This document shows, one piece after another, positions 27,108 to 38,319 of a stretch of 47,317 bases of DNA. The position numbers and the translations under genes were made by a program. Origin of the DNA: Comamonadaceae bacterium. GTDB taxonomy: Bacteria; Pseudomonadota; Gammaproteobacteria; Burkholderiales; Burkholderiaceae_C. Every line of letters begins with the position of its first letter. Within the stretch, counting starts at the first letter, position 1. The notes beneath the pieces were generated by a model. The model made no database searches. It was not told the origin of the DNA and saw nothing but the letters and a program-made list of their open reading frames with translations. The stretch spans positions 1 through 47,317 of the forward strand of contig CANHZG010000001.1 of assembly GCA_947464995.1 (NCBI GenBank). The letters run 5' to 3'.

Positions 27108-27960
27108 GGGCCTTGGCCTTGCACAACCGGTCGAGCACGATGGCCACAATCACAATGGCCAGACCGGCCTCAAAGCCGTCGGCAATATTGACCGAGTTGA
27201 GCGCCCGAACCACCGGCTTGCCCAAGCCGTCGGCGCCAACCAGTGCGGCAATAACGACCATGGACAGGCTGAGCATGATGCATTGGGTCACCCCGGCCAT
27301 GATGGTGGGCAGCGCCGATGGAATTTCTACTTTCCACAGCAACTGCCAGCGGCTCGCGCCAAAGGCCTGCCCAGCCTCAATCAGCGGGCGCGGCACCGAG
27401 GTAATACCCAGCGTGGTCAGGCGTATGGGCGCGGGCAGCGCAAAAATAACGGTGGAAATTAGCCCCGGTACCACGCCCAGACCAAACAAAATCAGGGTGG
27501 GGATGAGGTACACAAAGGTCGGGACGGTTTGCATCAGGTCCAGCAAAGGACGCAGTCCCGCTTCCAGCCACGGCCGGTGCGCTGCGGCGATACCGATGGG
27601 TACCCCAATCAGCACACAGACCACCGTGGCAAACAACACCAGCGAGAGCGTCTCCATGGTTTCGGTCCAGTAGCCCAGGTTGACGATCAGCACAAGGGCT
27701 ACAGCCACGAATGCGGCTAGCCGAAGCGAGCGCTGCAAGCCCCAGGCCACGGCGGTGAAAACGCCAATGAGCAGCAAGGGTTGCACCCACAGAAGCGCGC
27801 CCGTAAAGCCCAGCACCAGCGCGCTCAAGCCCTCGGATACGGCGTCAAACAGCCAGGGCGCTCCTTGCGTGAGCCGTTCCACCCCCGCAGCGATCGAGTC
27901 GCCCAGCGGGAGCTTGTTGTCGCTTAGCCACGCAAGTGTGGCGTCCAGCGGTCCGGCCAT
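27100..27960 (-). CDS. choW: Choline ABC transporter permease
   Basis: LDLMQTVPTFVYLIP, EAGQAFGA..WQLL.KVEIP, LSMVVIAALVGADGLG. Confidence 0.9.
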   Translation of the reverse strand: MAGPLDATLAWLSDNKLPLGDSIAAGVERLTQGAPWLFDAVSEGLSALVLGFTGALLWVQPLLLIGVFTAVAWGLQRSLRLAAFVAVALVLIVNLGYWTETMETLSLVLFATVVCVLIGVPIGIAAAHRPWLEAGLRPLLDLMQTVPTFVYLIPTLILFGLGVVPGLISTVIFALPAPIRLTTLGITSVPRPLIEAGQAFGASRWQLLWKVEIPSALPTIMAGVTQCIMLSLSMVVIAALVGADGLGKPVVRALNSVNIADGFEAGLAIVIVAIVLDRLCKAKAHG

Positions 27961-27964
27961 GCGC

Positions 27965-28921
27965 TTACTTGGCGATCATCGCTGGGGTAACGTCTTTGCC
28001 ATCAAAGGTTTTCACCCCAGCGAGCCAGTTGCCCCAGGTGGATGCATTGGCCTTAAGCCATGCTTGTGCTGCGGCTTCAGGCTTCATCTTTTTGTCCAAA
28101 ATAGCACCCATGATTTCGTTTTCTGCCTCGAGGCTGAACTTGGTGTTCTTCAGCAGCTTGCCCACATTGGGGCAGTCGGTGGCATAGCCCTTGCGGGTAT
28201 TGGTGTAAACCGTGGCACCGCCGAAGTTGGGACCGAAGAAGTCGTCACCACCGGCGAGGTAGGTCATCTTGATTTTGGAGTTCATGGGGTGGGGTGCCCA
28301 ACCCAAGAACACAATCCACTCTTTCTTGGGCACGGCGCGCACCACCTGCGACACCATGCCCGCTTCGCTGGACTCAACGATTTTGAAACCGCCCAGACCA
28401 AACGCGTTTTTCTTAATCATGTCCAGAATCAAGCGGTTGCCGTCATTGCCCGGCTCGATGCCATAAATCTTTTTGCTGAACTTGTCGGCATTTTTGGCCA
28501 GGTCCGCAAAGGTCTTAACGCCGGCCTCTGCCACATAGTCCGGCACGGCCAAGGTGTACTTGGCACCCTCGAGGTTGGCCCCCAGGGTTTCTACCGATCC
28601 GTCGGCGGTATAGGGCTTGATATCGCCCTCCATGGATGGCATCCAGTTGCCTAGGAAGACGTCAATCTTTTTGGCCTTGAGGCTGCTGTACGTCACCGGC
28701 ACTGAGAGCACCTGGGCTGAGGGCTTGTAGCCAATGCCCTTCAGGATTTCAGACATGACCGCCGTGGTGGCGGTAATGTCTGTCCACCCGACATCGGCAA
28801 AGCGCACGGCTTGGCAGGATGCAGGCTCAGCAGCGTGGGCCTGGCCTAGCAGGGACAGGCCAGCGGCCAGCACAGTGGCGGCCAATCGAATGGGACGGCG
28901 AAAAAAGGTGTCAGGTTGCAT
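27965..28921 (-). CDS. choX: Choline ABC transporter substrate-binding protein
   Basis: Signal peptide then VRFADVGWTDI, DVFLGNWMP, GIEPGNDGN, FLGWAPHPMN; ATG 28921 with GGAG RBS. Confidence 0.9.
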   Translation of the reverse strand: MQPDTFFRRPIRLAATVLAAGLSLLGQAHAAEPASCQAVRFADVGWTDITATTAVMSEILKGIGYKPSAQVLSVPVTYSSLKAKKIDVFLGNWMPSMEGDIKPYTADGSVETLGANLEGAKYTLAVPDYVAEAGVKTFADLAKNADKFSKKIYGIEPGNDGNRLILDMIKKNAFGLGGFKIVESSEAGMVSQVVRAVPKKEWIVFLGWAPHPMNSKIKMTYLAGGDDFFGPNFGGATVYTNTRKGYATDCPNVGKLLKNTKFSLEAENEIMGAILDKKMKPEAAAQAWLKANASTWGNWLAGVKTFDGKDVTPAMIAK

Positions 28922-29022
28922 GCATTTCTCCATGGTGGCGATTAGGGCAGTGGCGCTTTGGCGGACCCGCTTGAAAAAGGATGCAGGCACAACCAAAGGC
29001 AATTCATGGTACACGACCCCAG

Positions 29023-29039
29023 CGCAGGGCATATGCCAA
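29023..29039 (-). promoter_or_regulatory. Possible sigma54 -24/-12 promoter for choXWV
   Basis: Minus strand TTGGCATATGCCCTGCG has GG-N10-GC spacing, about 100 nt upstream of choX; -12 box imperfect. Confidence 0.35.
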
Positions 29040-29052
29040 ATCCGCAAGTTTT

Positions 29053-29364
29053 CTAGGCCCCCACGCTGCTGCGGACCTTGATGCGTATGGCACTCACGTC
29101 CCAGCCCTTGCTTCGCAGGTGGGACTCTAGGTTGGGGAGCAGTTGGCGCAGCTTGGATGCCACCGCCGTGTTGTCCACCACCAGGCACCACACGCCGTCT
29201 TCGATCGGACCGGCTTTGATGGATGCACGAAGCGAGTTGGGAATTAAGGGGTCAATGCAGGTGCGCCGTGCCTGGGACTGGGCGGACAAGTCAGCCAGAC
29301 GCGCTAAAGTAGGGGACTTTAGGCCAGCTTGCAGTACCGACAGGGAAGCAGACGGGCGACTCAT
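29053..29364 (-). CDS. DciA/DUF721-family protein
   Basis: W.L.V.N.AVA.KLRQL.P.L...L...G..V..IRIKV; divergent from M23-secA, the usual position for this family. Confidence 0.75.
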   Translation of the reverse strand: MSRPSASLSVLQAGLKSPTLARLADLSAQSQARRTCIDPLIPNSLRASIKAGPIEDGVWCLVVDNTAVASKLRQLLPNLESHLRSKGWDVSAIRIKVRSSVGA

Positions 29365-29388
29365 CTATTTCACGCAAGGGCGGTGCAC

Positions 29389-30321
29389 ATGCAGCTCATT
29401 ATCACGGATCCCCGGCTCTCCAAGAGCTACGTACTGCGAATGGGTGGCGCAACCCTAGCCTTGGGTTTAGCTGGTTTATTTCTTGCGGTCACGCTGGTGT
29501 CTGCTGGCATTTACCATTGGATTTTGCTCAAGGGCGCGCGTGATGGTTGGCCCGTCATCAGCTCGGTGATGCGTCTGGTGGTTAAGGACGAATTTGACCA
29601 ACGAGACCGTTTTTTGCGGGAAAACATCGAGGTCATGGCCAAGCGCATGGGCGAGATGCAGGCCAAGCTCTTGCAAATGGAGTCCTTGGCCGAACGGGTA
29701 TCGGGCTTGGCGGGATTGGACCCTGCGGCCGTCAAAGGCCCGGCGGGCCAAGGCGGCGCCTTGGTGCTGGGACGCGATCTGACCATGCAGGAGCTGCAAG
29801 CGACTTTGGAGCAAATCGAGCAGACAACGGGTCGGCGCAACGACATCATGACCGTGATCGAATCGCGCCTTTTTGAGCAAAAGATCAAGAAAATGATGAT
29901 TCCGACCCAGTCACCGGTGCCCGCGGTGGGCGTGGGCTCCGGTTTTGGCTGGCGCATCGACCCGTTTAGCGGTATGTCCGCCTTGCATGACGGGCTTGAT
30001 TTTCCGGCCCATGTTGGAACGCCGATTTTTTCCGCCGCGGGTGGTGTGGTGGTGGGGCAAGAGGCGCACCCGCAATACGGCAACCTGATTGAAGTCGACC
30101 ATGGCAATGATTTGCTAACCCGCTATGCCCATTTGTCACGCAGCCTGGTCAAAAAGGGCGACATCATCAAGCGCGGACAAAAAATTGCTGAAGTCGGCAA
30201 CACCGGCCGCTCCACTGGGCCGCATCTGCATTTTGAGGTGCTGGTGCGCGGCGTGCCCCAAGATCCCCAGAAATTTTTGCGCCTGGGAACGGCCACTGCC
30301 CTGGCCAAGCCGCAACGTTAA
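29389..30321 (+). CDS. M23 family metallopeptidase
   Basis: N-terminal TM and coiled coil; HDGLD, YAHL, STGPHLHFEV. Confidence 0.93.
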   Translation: MQLIITDPRLSKSYVLRMGGATLALGLAGLFLAVTLVSAGIYHWILLKGARDGWPVISSVMRLVVKDEFDQRDRFLRENIEVMAKRMGEMQAKLLQMESLAERVSGLAGLDPAAVKGPAGQGGALVLGRDLTMQELQATLEQIEQTTGRRNDIMTVIESRLFEQKIKKMMIPTQSPVPAVGVGSGFGWRIDPFSGMSALHDGLDFPAHVGTPIFSAAGGVVVGQEAHPQYGNLIEVDHGNDLLTRYAHLSRSLVKKGDIIKRGQKIAEVGNTGRSTGPHLHFEVLVRGVPQDPQKFLRLGTATALAKPQR

Positions 30322-30459
30322 AATCGCCGGTTCCTGTGGCGGGCTGCGCTGTTGTATGTAGCGCGACGCAGGCCTTTCACACCACATCCCTGAATACCGA
30401 CTACCAAAAGGACTGCGCGGGTCTGCTTCCCATAAGGCTTGCAGAACCGTATCGTACCC

Positions 30460-33216
30460 ATGCCACTAACATTTTTGACCCGGTTTTTTGGAAGCCGAAA
30501 CGACCGTTTGCTCAAGCAATACCGTGCCAGCGTGGTGCGAATCAATGCCCTGGAGCCGACGTACGAGCAGTTGAGTGACGAGGCGCTGCGCGCCAAGACG
30601 GACGAATTCAAAGCGCGGGTGGTTGCGGGCGAGAGTTTGGATGCACTGCTGCCCGAGGCCTTTGCCGTCGTGCGCGAAGGCTGCAAGCGGGTGATGAAGA
30701 TGCGCCACTTTGATGTGCAGTTGCTCGGCGGCATGTCGCTGCACCACGGAAAAATTTCGGAAATGGGAACCGGCGAGGGCAAAACCCTGACCGCGACCTT
30801 GCCGGTTTACCTCAATGCCCTTACCGGCAAGGGCGTGCACGTCGTCACCGTCAATGACTATCTGGCCAGCCGCGATGCGCGCTGGATGGGTCAGCTGTAT
30901 GAGTTCCTGGGGCTGTCGGTGGGCATCAACACGCCCCATGTGCCGCGCGAAGAAAAGCAGGCTGCGTACCAGGCTGACATCACCTACGGAACCAACAACG
31001 AATACGGCTTTGACTACCTGCGCGACAACATGGTCTACGAGGCTAAAGACCGGGTGCAGCGCGGGTTGAACTTTGCCATCGTCGACGAGGTCGATTCCAT
31101 TTTGATTGACGAGGCACGCACGCCGCTCATCATCAGCGGCCAGGCTGAGGACCATACCGCCCTATATATCGCCATCAACACCGTGGTGCCCGCGCTCAAG
31201 CGCCAGGAAGGCGAGCTTGATTTGCGCACCGGAGAGGGTGTTATCACCCCGGGCGACTTCACCGTGGATGAAAAGTCCCAGCAGATTGTGCTAACCGAAG
31301 ACGGCCATGAAAGCGCCGAACAGTTGCTCGCTGGCTTAGGGCTGATTCCGGCAGGCTCGTCGCTGTACGACCCGGCCAACATTACGCTCATGCACCACCT
31401 CTATGCGGCGCTGCGGGCCAACCACCTGTTCCACCGCGACCAGCACTATGTGGTGCAAGAGGGTGAAATCGTCATCGTGGACGAATTCACCGGTCGTCTG
31501 ATGACCGGGCGGCGCTGGAGCGACGGCCTGCACCAGGCCGTCGAGGCAAAAGAAGGCGTGGCCATTCAGGCCGAAAACCAGACGATGGCGTCCATTACCT
31601 TCCAAAACTACTTCCGGCTGTACAACAAGCTTGCGGGCATGACTGGCACGGCCGATACCGAAGCCTACGAGTTTCAAGAGATTTATGGCCTGGAGACCGT
31701 GGTCATTCCGCCCAACCGCATCAGCCGGCGCGAAGACCAGCTCGACCGCGTGTACAAAACCACGGGCGAAAAATACGTGGCGGCCATTGCAGATATCCGT
31801 GAGTGTTATGAACGTGGCCAGCCTGTGCTCGTAGGCACTACGTCCATCGAAAACTCTGAAATCATCGCTGAACTGTTGATTAAGGAAGGCTTGCCGCACC
31901 AGGTGCTCAACGCCAAGCAGCACGCCCGCGAGGCCGACATCGTGGCTCAGGCTGGACGCGCCAAGATGATCACCATTGCCACCAATATGGCCGGGCGGGG
32001 CACGGACATTGTGCTGGGTGGCAACATCGAAAAAGCCGTGCAGGAAGTGCAGAGCGACGAAGCTCTCGGCGATGGTGCCAAGAGCGCCGGAGTGGCACAG
32101 ATCAAGGCCCAATGGAAGATCGACCACGATGCCATTACCGCGCTGGGCGGCTTGCGCATCATCGCTACCGAGCGCCATGAATCGCGCCGCATCGACAACC
32201 AGCTGCGCGGCCGCTCGGGCCGCCAGGGAGACCCCGGCTCGTCGCGCTTTTATCTAAGCCTGGACGATTCACTCATGCGCATTTTTGCCGGTGACCGGGT
32301 CAAGTCCATCATGGACCGGCTGAAAATGCCCGAGGGCGAAGCCATTGAGGCCGGTATCGTCACCCGCAGCATCGAGAGCGCCCAGCGCAAGGTTGAGGCG
32401 CGCAACTTTGACATGCGCAAGCAGTTGTTGGAGTACGACGACGTGTCTAACGACCAGCGCAAGGTGATTTACCAGCAACGCAACGCGATTTTGGACGCGC
32501 AAGACCTCAGCGCCCAGGTGAAATCCTTGCGCGAAGGCAGCTTTGAGGACCTGGTGCACCAGTTTGTCCCGCCCGAGTCGGTGGAGGAGCAGTGGGACAT
32601 CGCGTCGCTTCAGCAGGCGCTGACCGCCGAGTGGCGCTTGGAGATCGATTTGGCGGCGCAAATTGCCGCCGCCTCGTCCATTACGGGTGAAGACGTGCTC
32701 GCCGCTGTGGTGGCCGCAGCCCATGCTGCGTTTGAGGAAAAACTGGCTTTAGTGGGCGCCGAAAGCTTCACCCACTTTGAGCGCATGGTGCTATTGCAGA
32801 CAATTGACAGCCAATGGCGCGACCATTTGAGTGCCCTTGATTACCTGCGCCAAGGCATCCATCTGCGGGGTTATGCCCAAAAGCAGCCCAAGCAAGAGTA
32901 CAAGCGTGAAGCCTTCGAGTTGTTTGGCCAAATGCTCGATTCGGTCAAAAACGAGGTCACCAAGACGCTCATGACGGTGCGCATCCAATCCGCAGAACAG
33001 ATCGATGAAGCCGCCTTGGCGCTGGAGTCGCGCGCTGAAAATATCAGCAACATCACCTACACCGCACCCACGGAAACGGGCGAAGCGCAGGTTACGCAAG
33101 CCGCTGCCGACCCGATTGCCGCCGCCGGCCCAGACCTGGCACGGGTGGGCCGCAACGAGCCCTGCCCCTGTGGCAGCGGTAAGAAATACAAGCATTGCCA
33201 CGGCAAACTCGCATAA
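30460..33216 (+). CDS. secA: Preprotein translocase ATPase SecA
   Basis: [51 protein letters not shown]-terminal [14 protein letters not shown]. Confidence 0.99.
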   Translation: MPLTFLTRFFGSRNDRLLKQYRASVVRINALEPTYEQLSDEALRAKTDEFKARVVAGESLDALLPEAFAVVREGCKRVMKMRHFDVQLLGGMSLHHGKISEMGTGEGKTLTATLPVYLNALTGKGVHVVTVNDYLASRDARWMGQLYEFLGLSVGINTPHVPREEKQAAYQADITYGTNNEYGFDYLRDNMVYEAKDRVQRGLNFAIVDEVDSILIDEARTPLIISGQAEDHTALYIAINTVVPALKRQEGELDLRTGEGVITPGDFTVDEKSQQIVLTEDGHESAEQLLAGLGLIPAGSSLYDPANITLMHHLYAALRANHLFHRDQHYVVQEGEIVIVDEFTGRLMTGRRWSDGLHQAVEAKEGVAIQAENQTMASITFQNYFRLYNKLAGMTGTADTEAYEFQEIYGLETVVIPPNRISRREDQLDRVYKTTGEKYVAAIADIRECYERGQPVLVGTTSIENSEIIAELLIKEGLPHQVLNAKQHAREADIVAQAGRAKMITIATNMAGRGTDIVLGGNIEKAVQEVQSDEALGDGAKSAGVAQIKAQWKIDHDAITALGGLRIIATERHESRRIDNQLRGRSGRQGDPGSSRFYLSLDDSLMRIFAGDRVKSIMDRLKMPEGEAIEAGIVTRSIESAQRKVEARNFDMRKQLLEYDDVSNDQRKVIYQQRNAILDAQDLSAQVKSLREGSFEDLVHQFVPPESVEEQWDIASLQQALTAEWRLEIDLAAQIAAASSITGEDVLAAVVAAAHAAFEEKLALVGAESFTHFERMVLLQTIDSQWRDHLSALDYLRQGIHLRGYAQKQPKQEYKREAFELFGQMLDSVKNEVTKTLMTVRIQSAEQIDEAALALESRAENISNITYTAPTETGEAQVTQAAADPIAAAGPDLARVGRNEPCPCGSGKKYKHCHGKLA

Positions 33217-33225
33217 GGACACGCC

Positions 33226-34455
33226 ATGCCCGTCAATCTGCCAGCGCCGGACCCGGCGACCCTGTACCCCATCGCCGGTGTGCGCGTGGGCGTGACGCAA
33301 GCCGGTGTGCGCAAGCAAGGTCGCAAGGATGTGTCAGTTTTCTTGCTCGATGCGGGCGCCAGCGTGGCAGGGGTGTTCACCACCAACCGTTTCTGCGCCG
33401 CGCCGGTCCAGGTTTGCCAGCAGCACCTGGCCGCCGGCAAGGGCGTGCGTGCGTTGCTGGTCAACACCGGCAACGCCAATGCCGGCACCGGTGCCGACGG
33501 TTTGGCACGCGCGCACAGCAGCTGCGCCGCCCTGGCCCAGCGTCTGGGGATAGATCCAACCCAAGTCTTGCCTTTTTCTACCGGGGTCATCATGGAGCCG
33601 CTGCCCGTTGACCGCATCATTGCGGGCATGGATGCGGCCATTGCGGACGCCCATACTGAGAACTGGATGCAGGCTGCCCTTGCCATCATGACCACCGACA
33701 CGGTGCCCAAGGCCTATGGCGCGCAGGCGCAAGTTGGCGGCAAGACGGTTAGCGTGACCGGTATCAGCAAGGGGGCGGGCATGATCCGCCCCAATATGGC
33801 GACCATGTTGGGCTTTTTGGCAACCGACGCCTGCGTGGCTCAAAGCCTGATGCAGCCGCTAGCGCTGGCGCTGGCGCAGGAATCCTTTAACTGCGTCACG
33901 ATTGATGGCGACACCTCGACCAACGACTCTTTGGTGCTAGTGGCGTCCAACCAAGCGGGCAACCCCCCCATTGATTCGCTGGACAGCGCCGACGGCCGAG
34001 CCTTGTTTGCTGCCCTGCTGGGTGTTGCCCGGCAATTGGCGCACGCCATCGTGCGCGACGGCGAAGGCGCCACCAAGTTCATTACCGTCGAGGTCAGCGG
34101 GGGCCGTACGCGTGACGAATGCAGCCTGGTGGCCTATGCGATTGCCCATTCCCCCTTGGTGAAAACGGCTTTTTTTGCCAGTGATCCGAATCTGGGTCGC
34201 ATTCTGGCCGCCGTTGGGTACGCCGGTATTGCCGATTTGGACCAGAGCTGCATCGAGCTTTACTTGGACGACGTGCACGTTGCCACGCACGGCGGGCGCA
34301 ACCCGGCCTACGCAGAGCCTGACGGCCAGCGCGTGATGCAACAAAGCGAGATTCGGGTGCGGGTTGAACTCGGTCGCGGGCAGGCCAGCCACACGGTGTG
34401 GACCTGCGATCTGAGCCACGACTACGTCACCATCAACGCCGATTACCGGTCTTAA
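33226..34455 (+). CDS. argJ: Bifunctional ornithine acetyltransferase/N-acetylglutamate synthase
   Basis: [52 protein letters not shown]. Confidence 0.96.
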   Translation: MPVNLPAPDPATLYPIAGVRVGVTQAGVRKQGRKDVSVFLLDAGASVAGVFTTNRFCAAPVQVCQQHLAAGKGVRALLVNTGNANAGTGADGLARAHSSCAALAQRLGIDPTQVLPFSTGVIMEPLPVDRIIAGMDAAIADAHTENWMQAALAIMTTDTVPKAYGAQAQVGGKTVSVTGISKGAGMIRPNMATMLGFLATDACVAQSLMQPLALALAQESFNCVTIDGDTSTNDSLVLVASNQAGNPPIDSLDSADGRALFAALLGVARQLAHAIVRDGEGATKFITVEVSGGRTRDECSLVAYAIAHSPLVKTAFFASDPNLGRILAAVGYAGIADLDQSCIELYLDDVHVATHGGRNPAYAEPDGQRVMQQSEIRVRVELGRGQASHTVWTCDLSHDYVTINADYRS

Positions 34456-34466
34456 GGAGAGCGCTC

Positions 34467-35375
34467 GTGAACGACCACCGGTTGACCGCTTTTTTGGCCC
34501 GCTCAGAGCGCTTCATGGACCGCGTCGAGTCCGCCCTGCGTTTGGATATTGAGCAACCCGATTGGGACCAGTCCATAGCCTTTCGCTACCGCAAAAGGGT
34601 CTCCGGCCAAGGGTATATCGTCCCGGTGCGCCAGGTGGGCGCTATGCGTCTGGCAGACCTGCGGGAAATTGATATCCAAAAGGAAAAAATCCGCCGCAAC
34701 ACGGCGCAATTCGTGGCGGGTCTGACTGCCAACAACGTGCTGCTGACCGGCGCGCGCGGCACGGGCAAGTCCTCGCTGGTGCGGGCCTGCCTCAATACCT
34801 ATTGCGACCAGGGTTTGCGCCTGATAGAGGTGGACAAAGAGCATCTGGTGGACTTGCCCGACATCGTTGAAATCGTCGCCACGCGGCCCGAAAAGTTTCT
34901 GATTTTTTGCGACGACCTGAGCTTTGACCAAGGCGAAGCGGGGTACAAAGCATTGAAATCGGTGCTCGACGGATCGGTATCCGAAACCTCGGCCAACGTG
35001 CTGATTTACGCCACCAGCAACCGGCGCCACCTGTTGCCCGAGTACATGGCAGAAAACCTGAGCTACACCCATACCGACAGTGGCGAAGTGCATCCGGGCG
35101 AGGGTGTGGAAGAGAAAATCTCCCTCTCGGAGCGTTTTGGTTTGTGGGTAAGTTTCTACCCATTTACCCAGGACGAGTACTTGCACATCGCCGACCAGTG
35201 GCTGAGCGCCTTGGGGGTATCGCCCGAGCGTGTGCAGCAAGCGCGACCAGAGGCCCTGATTTGGGCACTGGAGCGCGGTTCGCGCACGGGCCGCGTGGCC
35301 TGGCAGTTTGCAAAAGACTACGCCGGGCGTCAACCGGCAGTAGCGGGGACCGGCTCCGCTTCTGCCGAGCCATGA
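34467..35375 (+). CDS. AAA+ ATPase, DUF815 family
   Basis: NNVLLTGARGTGKSS, FCDDLSF, YATSNRRHL, EEKISLSERFG; GTG start with AGGAG RBS. Confidence 0.88.
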   Translation: MNDHRLTAFLARSERFMDRVESALRLDIEQPDWDQSIAFRYRKRVSGQGYIVPVRQVGAMRLADLREIDIQKEKIRRNTAQFVAGLTANNVLLTGARGTGKSSLVRACLNTYCDQGLRLIEVDKEHLVDLPDIVEIVATRPEKFLIFCDDLSFDQGEAGYKALKSVLDGSVSETSANVLIYATSNRRHLLPEYMAENLSYTHTDSGEVHPGEGVEEKISLSERFGLWVSFYPFTQDEYLHIADQWLSALGVSPERVQQARPEALIWALERGSRTGRVAWQFAKDYAGRQPAVAGTGSASAEP

Positions 35376-35845
35376 GTTCGCAGGCCGTTCGCCCGCCCTT
35401 GCTTGCCAATCCGGAGATTGCACGCGAACCGGGCGTGCAGCGGGCGGTTGTCGAGGTGGCCGTGGGTGTGCTGCTGCGCCAGGACCAGGGGTTTTTGATG
35501 ACATCGCGCCCAGCAGGCAGGCCGTACGCCGGTTACTGGGAGTTTCCCGGCGGCAAAGTGGAGTCGGGTGAGTCCGTTGCGCAGGCACTGGCGCGGGAGT
35601 TGCACGAAGAGCTGGGCATCACCGTGTCTGCGGCAGCGCCCTGGAAGATTGAAATGGTGGACTACCCCCACGCGCTGGTGCGCCTGCATTTTTTCAAGGT
35701 CACCGCGTGGACGGGCGAACTGCAAATGAAAGAGCAACAAAGCGCGCAATGGCAGTGTTTGCCCGTCACCGTAAGCCCCGTATTGCCCGGCACACTGCCA
35801 GTCCTGGATTGGCTCAAAGCCGAGCAGCCACCGCCCAGCCTTTAA
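35372..35845 (+). CDS. mutT: Nudix hydrolase, MutT-like 8-oxo-dGTPase
   Basis: WEFPGGKVESGES..QALARELHEELGI Nudix box; ATGA overlap with the upstream gene. Confidence 0.88.
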   Translation: MSSQAVRPPLLANPEIAREPGVQRAVVEVAVGVLLRQDQGFLMTSRPAGRPYAGYWEFPGGKVESGESVAQALARELHEELGITVSAAAPWKIEMVDYPHALVRLHFFKVTAWTGELQMKEQQSAQWQCLPVTVSPVLPGTLPVLDWLKAEQPPPSL

Positions 35846-35867
35846 GTACCGGCGACTCTGTAGGGGC

Positions 35868-36068
35868 TTATTGCAGGGTCGGGTCGGGTGGTTCGGTGGC
35901 CTCGGGCCCATCGCCATCAGGCAGCCGAAATGACTCGCTGGCCCAAGCGCCCAAATCCAAAGACTTGCAGCGCGAACTGCAAAAGGGGCGAAACGGGTTA
36001 CTAGGCGCATAGACGCTGTCGCCCTGGCATTGTGGGCAGCGTACTATTTTTAGGTTTGGATCGGCCAC
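35868..36068 (-). CDS. yacG: DNA gyrase inhibitor YacG
   Basis: VRCPQC...[16 protein letters not shown]; GTG start at 36068. Confidence 0.9.
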   Translation of the reverse strand: MADPNLKIVRCPQCQGDSVYAPSNPFRPFCSSRCKSLDLGAWASESFRLPDGDGPEATEPPDPTLQ

Positions 36069-36084
36069 TGCGACTAACCGCAGA

Positions 36085-36840
36085 TCAGGAGCACAGCACC
36101 AGTTCGAATGGTATGTCTGCGGTGTTGGCGTGCAGGCGATCATCTGCCTCATGGCGCACGAAGCGGATAGAGGCGACCAGTCGGTTGGCACTTATTTCCG
36201 GAATGGCGCCCAAATTCTCCTTCAGGGATAGGCGCAGGAGCTGAAATGTACGGCCTTGGGGCAAGTTTTGTTGAAACTGCCCGCCCAGCGCGACCATTTT
36301 TTGCGGGGTTCCCGAGTCCCGCAGCAGCCCGAGTAGCAATTGGATGCCACTAAACAGCGGAATCAGGCCTTCTACCCAGCCGCGCAAGTCGCTTTGGCGT
36401 TGCTGGCCCGGGCGCTGTTGCCACGCGAAATAGGCCGGCAGGTCAAATTCACAGGTTCCCCCCGGAATGCTGGTGCGGCTGCGCAGGCTTTTGAGCCAAT
36501 CGTTTTCTGCCAGCGATTGGCCCAATTTACCGGGGGTGTTGTTGAGCAAGGCATGGCAATCGTCGAGTTGGTTCAACAAGCGGTCGAGCACATCGGCAGC
36601 AATACCTGGGTTTCCGCGAAAGGCGCTCAGCGCCTGTTTTTGGCGGTCCAGGTCTTTCAGGACGTCGGGCTTGAGCTCAGCACGCGCACCCACATTCAGG
36701 ATCTCAAACAAGGTAATGAGCGCGAAATGGTGATCCATCGCGTCGGTTCGGTCCATCAGCGTGAATAGCCGCGCAAACAGGTGCTCCAGACGCAAGTAGG
36801 TGCGAATTTTTTCGTTAAACGGGTATTCGTAGAGGATCAC
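36085..36840 (-). CDS. zapD: Cell division protein ZapD
   Basis: [36 protein letters not shown]; GTG start at 36840. Confidence 0.92.
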   Translation of the reverse strand: MILYEYPFNEKIRTYLRLEHLFARLFTLMDRTDAMDHHFALITLFEILNVGARAELKPDVLKDLDRQKQALSAFRGNPGIAADVLDRLLNQLDDCHALLNNTPGKLGQSLAENDWLKSLRSRTSIPGGTCEFDLPAYFAWQQRPGQQRQSDLRGWVEGLIPLFSGIQLLLGLLRDSGTPQKMVALGGQFQQNLPQGRTFQLLRLSLKENLGAIPEISANRLVASIRFVRHEADDRLHANTADIPFELVLCS

Positions 36841-36862
36841 AGGGGAATTTCCAGTGCGGGGA

Positions 36863-37474
36863 TCATAGCCCGAACAAGGGGCGCATTGCTCCCAAATTCG
36901 CCTTAACCTCGCCAAGATTCACCGCTTCGTTGAAAAGTACGAAGTCGGCTGCTTGCAAGCGGGTGCCACGCGGGCTTTGTGCGGCCATGATTTTTTCCAC
37001 CTCGGCGCGCTCCAAACCACTGCGCCGCATGACGCGTTCAATTTGGGTCTGTTCCCGGCAGTCGACAATCAAAACCCGATCGAGGTTTTTGCGCCAACGG
37101 GACGATTCGACCAACAGCGGGATGTCAAATACGATGCAGGCGACGCCCTGCGCCATGGCCAGCGCCGTTTGGCGGTCGATTTCGGAAGCGATCAAAGGGT
37201 GAAGGATGGCCTCCAGGCGTTTTCGGGCCAAGGCATCGCTAAACACCAAGGAGCGCAGTCGGCCCCGGTCCAGCGTCCCGTCGCCAGAAAACAGGTCTGG
37301 CCCAAACGCCGCGCGGATGGCAGGCAAGCCAGTCCCGTTGGCAGCGGTGCAGTCGCGTGATATGGCGTCGGCGTCTACCACACAGGCGCCCATTTCGCCA
37401 AGCCACTGGCACACGGTGCTTTTGCCGCTGCCTATGCCGCCGCTGACCCCCAAGCGCAGCGCACGGCCGCTCAC
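36863..37474 (-). CDS. coaE: Dephospho-CoA kinase
   Basis: GVSGGIGSGKST, VDADAISR, LEAILHP, DIPLLVE. Confidence 0.93.
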   Translation of the reverse strand: MSGRALRLGVSGGIGSGKSTVCQWLGEMGACVVDADAISRDCTAANGTGLPAIRAAFGPDLFSGDGTLDRGRLRSLVFSDALARKRLEAILHPLIASEIDRQTALAMAQGVACIVFDIPLLVESSRWRKNLDRVLIVDCREQTQIERVMRRSGLERAEVEKIMAAQSPRGTRLQAADFVLFNEAVNLGEVKANLGAMRPLFGL

Positions 37475-38319
37475 AGACTAAGCCCTTTTTGCAACACATC
37501 AGCCCCAAAAACCATGCACACAAACCCCGCGCCCGCCAAAAATGGCCCAAAGGGGATGTAATTTCCGGGGCGCAGGCCACCGGTCATTTTGAGCACGAGA
37601 CCCACTATGGCCCCGATGATTGACGACAAAAGGGTGATGGGAATCAGGGCTTGCCAGCCGAACCACGCGCCCAGGCAGGCCAAGAGTTTGAAGTCGCCAT
37701 AGCCCATTCCCTCTTTTCCTGTGGCCAGTTTAAACAGCCAATAGACCGACCACAAGAACAGGTAGCCCCCCACCGCCCCCCACAGCGCGCTGGGCAGCGG
37801 GACCTGGGTCCATTGCAACTGCGCACCAATGAGACCCAGCCACAGCAAGGGCAGCACGATGTCGTCGGGCAGCAGCGTGGTGTCCCAGTCGATCAGGGCC
37901 AAAGCCAGCAGCGCGGCGCAAAAGGTACACCAGGCCGCACCGGCCACAGAGATCCCCCACCGCTGCCCGGCAAAGGCGAATAAGCATGCGCTTGCAATTT
38001 CGACTGCCGGGTAGCGCGGGCTAATGCGGCCGTGGCAGCGGGAACATTTGCCCGCCAGCAATACATAGCTAGCTACGGGAATGTTGTGCTGCCACGCAAT
38101 GGGTGCTGCGCATTGCGGGCAAGCCGAGCGTGGAGTCCATAGGTTGAAAGTTTGCTCTGCTGGGCCTTGTGCAGAGCCGGTCAATTCGGCACATTCATGC
38201 GCCCATCGCCGTTCCATCATTTTCGGCAAGCGGTACACCAAAACATTTAAAAAGCTGCCAATAAGCAAACCCAGCAGGCCAGCCACGGCGGGTTCGAGCC
38301 AGGGGGCTGCTGCGATCAC
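37471..38319 (-). CDS. pilD: Prepilin peptidase/N-methyltransferase
   Basis: GSFLNV..YRLP, two CxxC motifs, IDWD...LPD, EGMGYGDFKL, IPFGPFLA. Confidence 0.95.
   Translation of the reverse strand: MIAAAPWLEPAVAGLLGLLIGSFLNVLVYRLPKMMERRWAHECAELTGSAQGPAEQTFNLWTPRSACPQCAAPIAWQHNIPVASYVLLAGKCSRCHGRISPRYPAVEIASACLFAFAGQRWGISVAGAAWCTFCAALLALALIDWDTTLLPDDIVLPLLWLGLIGAQLQWTQVPLPSALWGAVGGYLFLWSVYWLFKLATGKEGMGYGDFKLLACLGAWFGWQALIPITLLSSIIGAIVGLVLKMTGGLRPGNYIPFGPFLAGAGFVCMVFGADVLQKGLSL

Noticed and set aside
30763-30786. SecA Walker A reads MGTGEGKT instead of M(R/K)TGEGKT
   Set aside because: The essential GKT is intact; a single variable position is not evidence of new function.
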